Assembly (NCBI RefSeq): GCF_964204865.1
Contig: NC_135260.1
Location: forward strand, 21,266,001 to 21,330,000
DNA length: 64,000 nucleotides
Direction: 5' to 3'
DNA from: Styela clava
Taxonomy: Eukaryota
This document shows positions 62,956 through 64,000 of this stretch, one piece after another; the stretch's first letter is position 1; every line of letters begins with the position of its first letter. A program made the position numbers and the translations under genes. Below the pieces are notes generated by a model that did no database searches, had not been told where the DNA came from, and saw only the letters and a list, made by a program, of their open reading frames with translations.

Positions 62956-64000
62956 TTTCAAAGGCGCTAATTTCAGCAAACAAGAGATAAGGCTCACAGA
63001 GCCATAACTACTCTCGCGAGCAACAAATGTTATTGTTTCATGAAATATGTTTTGGAATTCCAAAACTATCTTGAAACTTGAAGCAATTGTTTTGGCTGTG
63101 AATATCGAATTTCATAACATTACGCCGATTCTTTTCTAAAATATTTCACTCTTACTAATTTCCCTTTCTTTCCCTTCTCCGCCCCACAAAGTTCTTGTGT
63201 ACAGTTTGTATATACAGTATACATGTGTTTGATATAACAAACTATGAATATTTTTCATCAATAGTTTTTATTTCAATGATATTGACAACACTGCCTTCAT
63301 TAAATAATTTAATTCAGAAATGAGTTAGATAATTATGAAATGTTCAATTCTTATATTTGACATTATTTCTTGCAAAGCTGACAAACGAGCTAACATGGAT
63401 CTATATGTTGTAGGGGTAATCGGCAATGGCCATTTGTTGAATACTGTGGTGATTCCGCATTTCATTCTGCGAAGCATCATGGACAATGTCCATGCGATAT
63501 ACAAGAGAGAAATTATCCAACACGTTCCAAATCATTTACGGACATGAACATATTGGTGAAGACTCGTTTTTTACAAGACCGAGCTTTCGCATGATTGACC
63601 CAGAAGTGGAAGCTACCATCACAAGCATTGCAACTTTTGGTATCTTCAACATGTCGCTAGAACATTTTAAGACTGTACATAGAGAATGTATTAAAAACAA
63701 GCAAACCGCTCAATCTGGCGGTTTTCGAAAGCGGGCCAGTTCAGTTTCGAATTGAAATAATGCGTACCTGCAGATGGTGCTCACTTGTATTCACTTGGTG
63801 ATGATGCTACCAAGAGGGGTTAGAAATTATAACGCGTAACTGGTCGGAGACGCCAAATCGAAGATTTCGCACTTATTCTTAGCAGGTAAGCACCCAAATT
63901 ACTAACAAATATGATTAGCTACACGAATATTGCTTGCGTGAAAATGTTACTGTAAAAAATCGACAACAAAAAAGGACCGAAAAGATATTTTGACATATTT

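Larger units (their letters stand above)
44112..64000 (+). repeat. Head-to-tail macro-array of at least 5 internally deleted copies of a ~6.4-kb unit
   Basis: The marker TACTAATTATGCAATTTTCC recurs at 44112, 47489, 52611, 57118 and 60012; the ORF track repeats accordingly (50147/54705/63335; 46371/51793/56365; 44666/60657; 59007/61976). Confidence 0.93.

Overview
AT-rich invertebrate animal genomic DNA; the vinculin is chordate-like and an ascidian is my unproven guess. No prokaryotic features, RNA genes or CRISPR were found. Bases 1-11573 (- strand) hold the first 15 coding exons of vinculin (about 580 codons, running off the left edge), with MITEs and foldback palindromes in the introns. 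An intact DD34D mariner sits about 135 bp upstream of the first coding exon. The rest of the window is a transposon-dense desert with four main parts. (1) A near-identical 3.3-kb tandem duplication (17280-28726). (2) A 4.8-kb CACTA/EnSpm-like element (18859-23665) present in only one duplicate, which lacks a transposase but carries an intact 9-exon, 477-aa SAM-domain gene. (3) A five-level nest of DNA transposons (26065-32796), plus a Buster/ZBED-type hAT relic, a 204-bp-arm palindrome and a truncated Gypsy LTR element. (4) From about 44.1 kb to the window end, a head-to-tail array of at least five differently deleted copies of a roughly 6.4-kb unit that joins a decayed piggyBac transposase to two convergent, intronless orphan ORF relics. 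Coordinates were counted by hand and may be off by a few bases. Family assignments come from motif recognition, not database searches.
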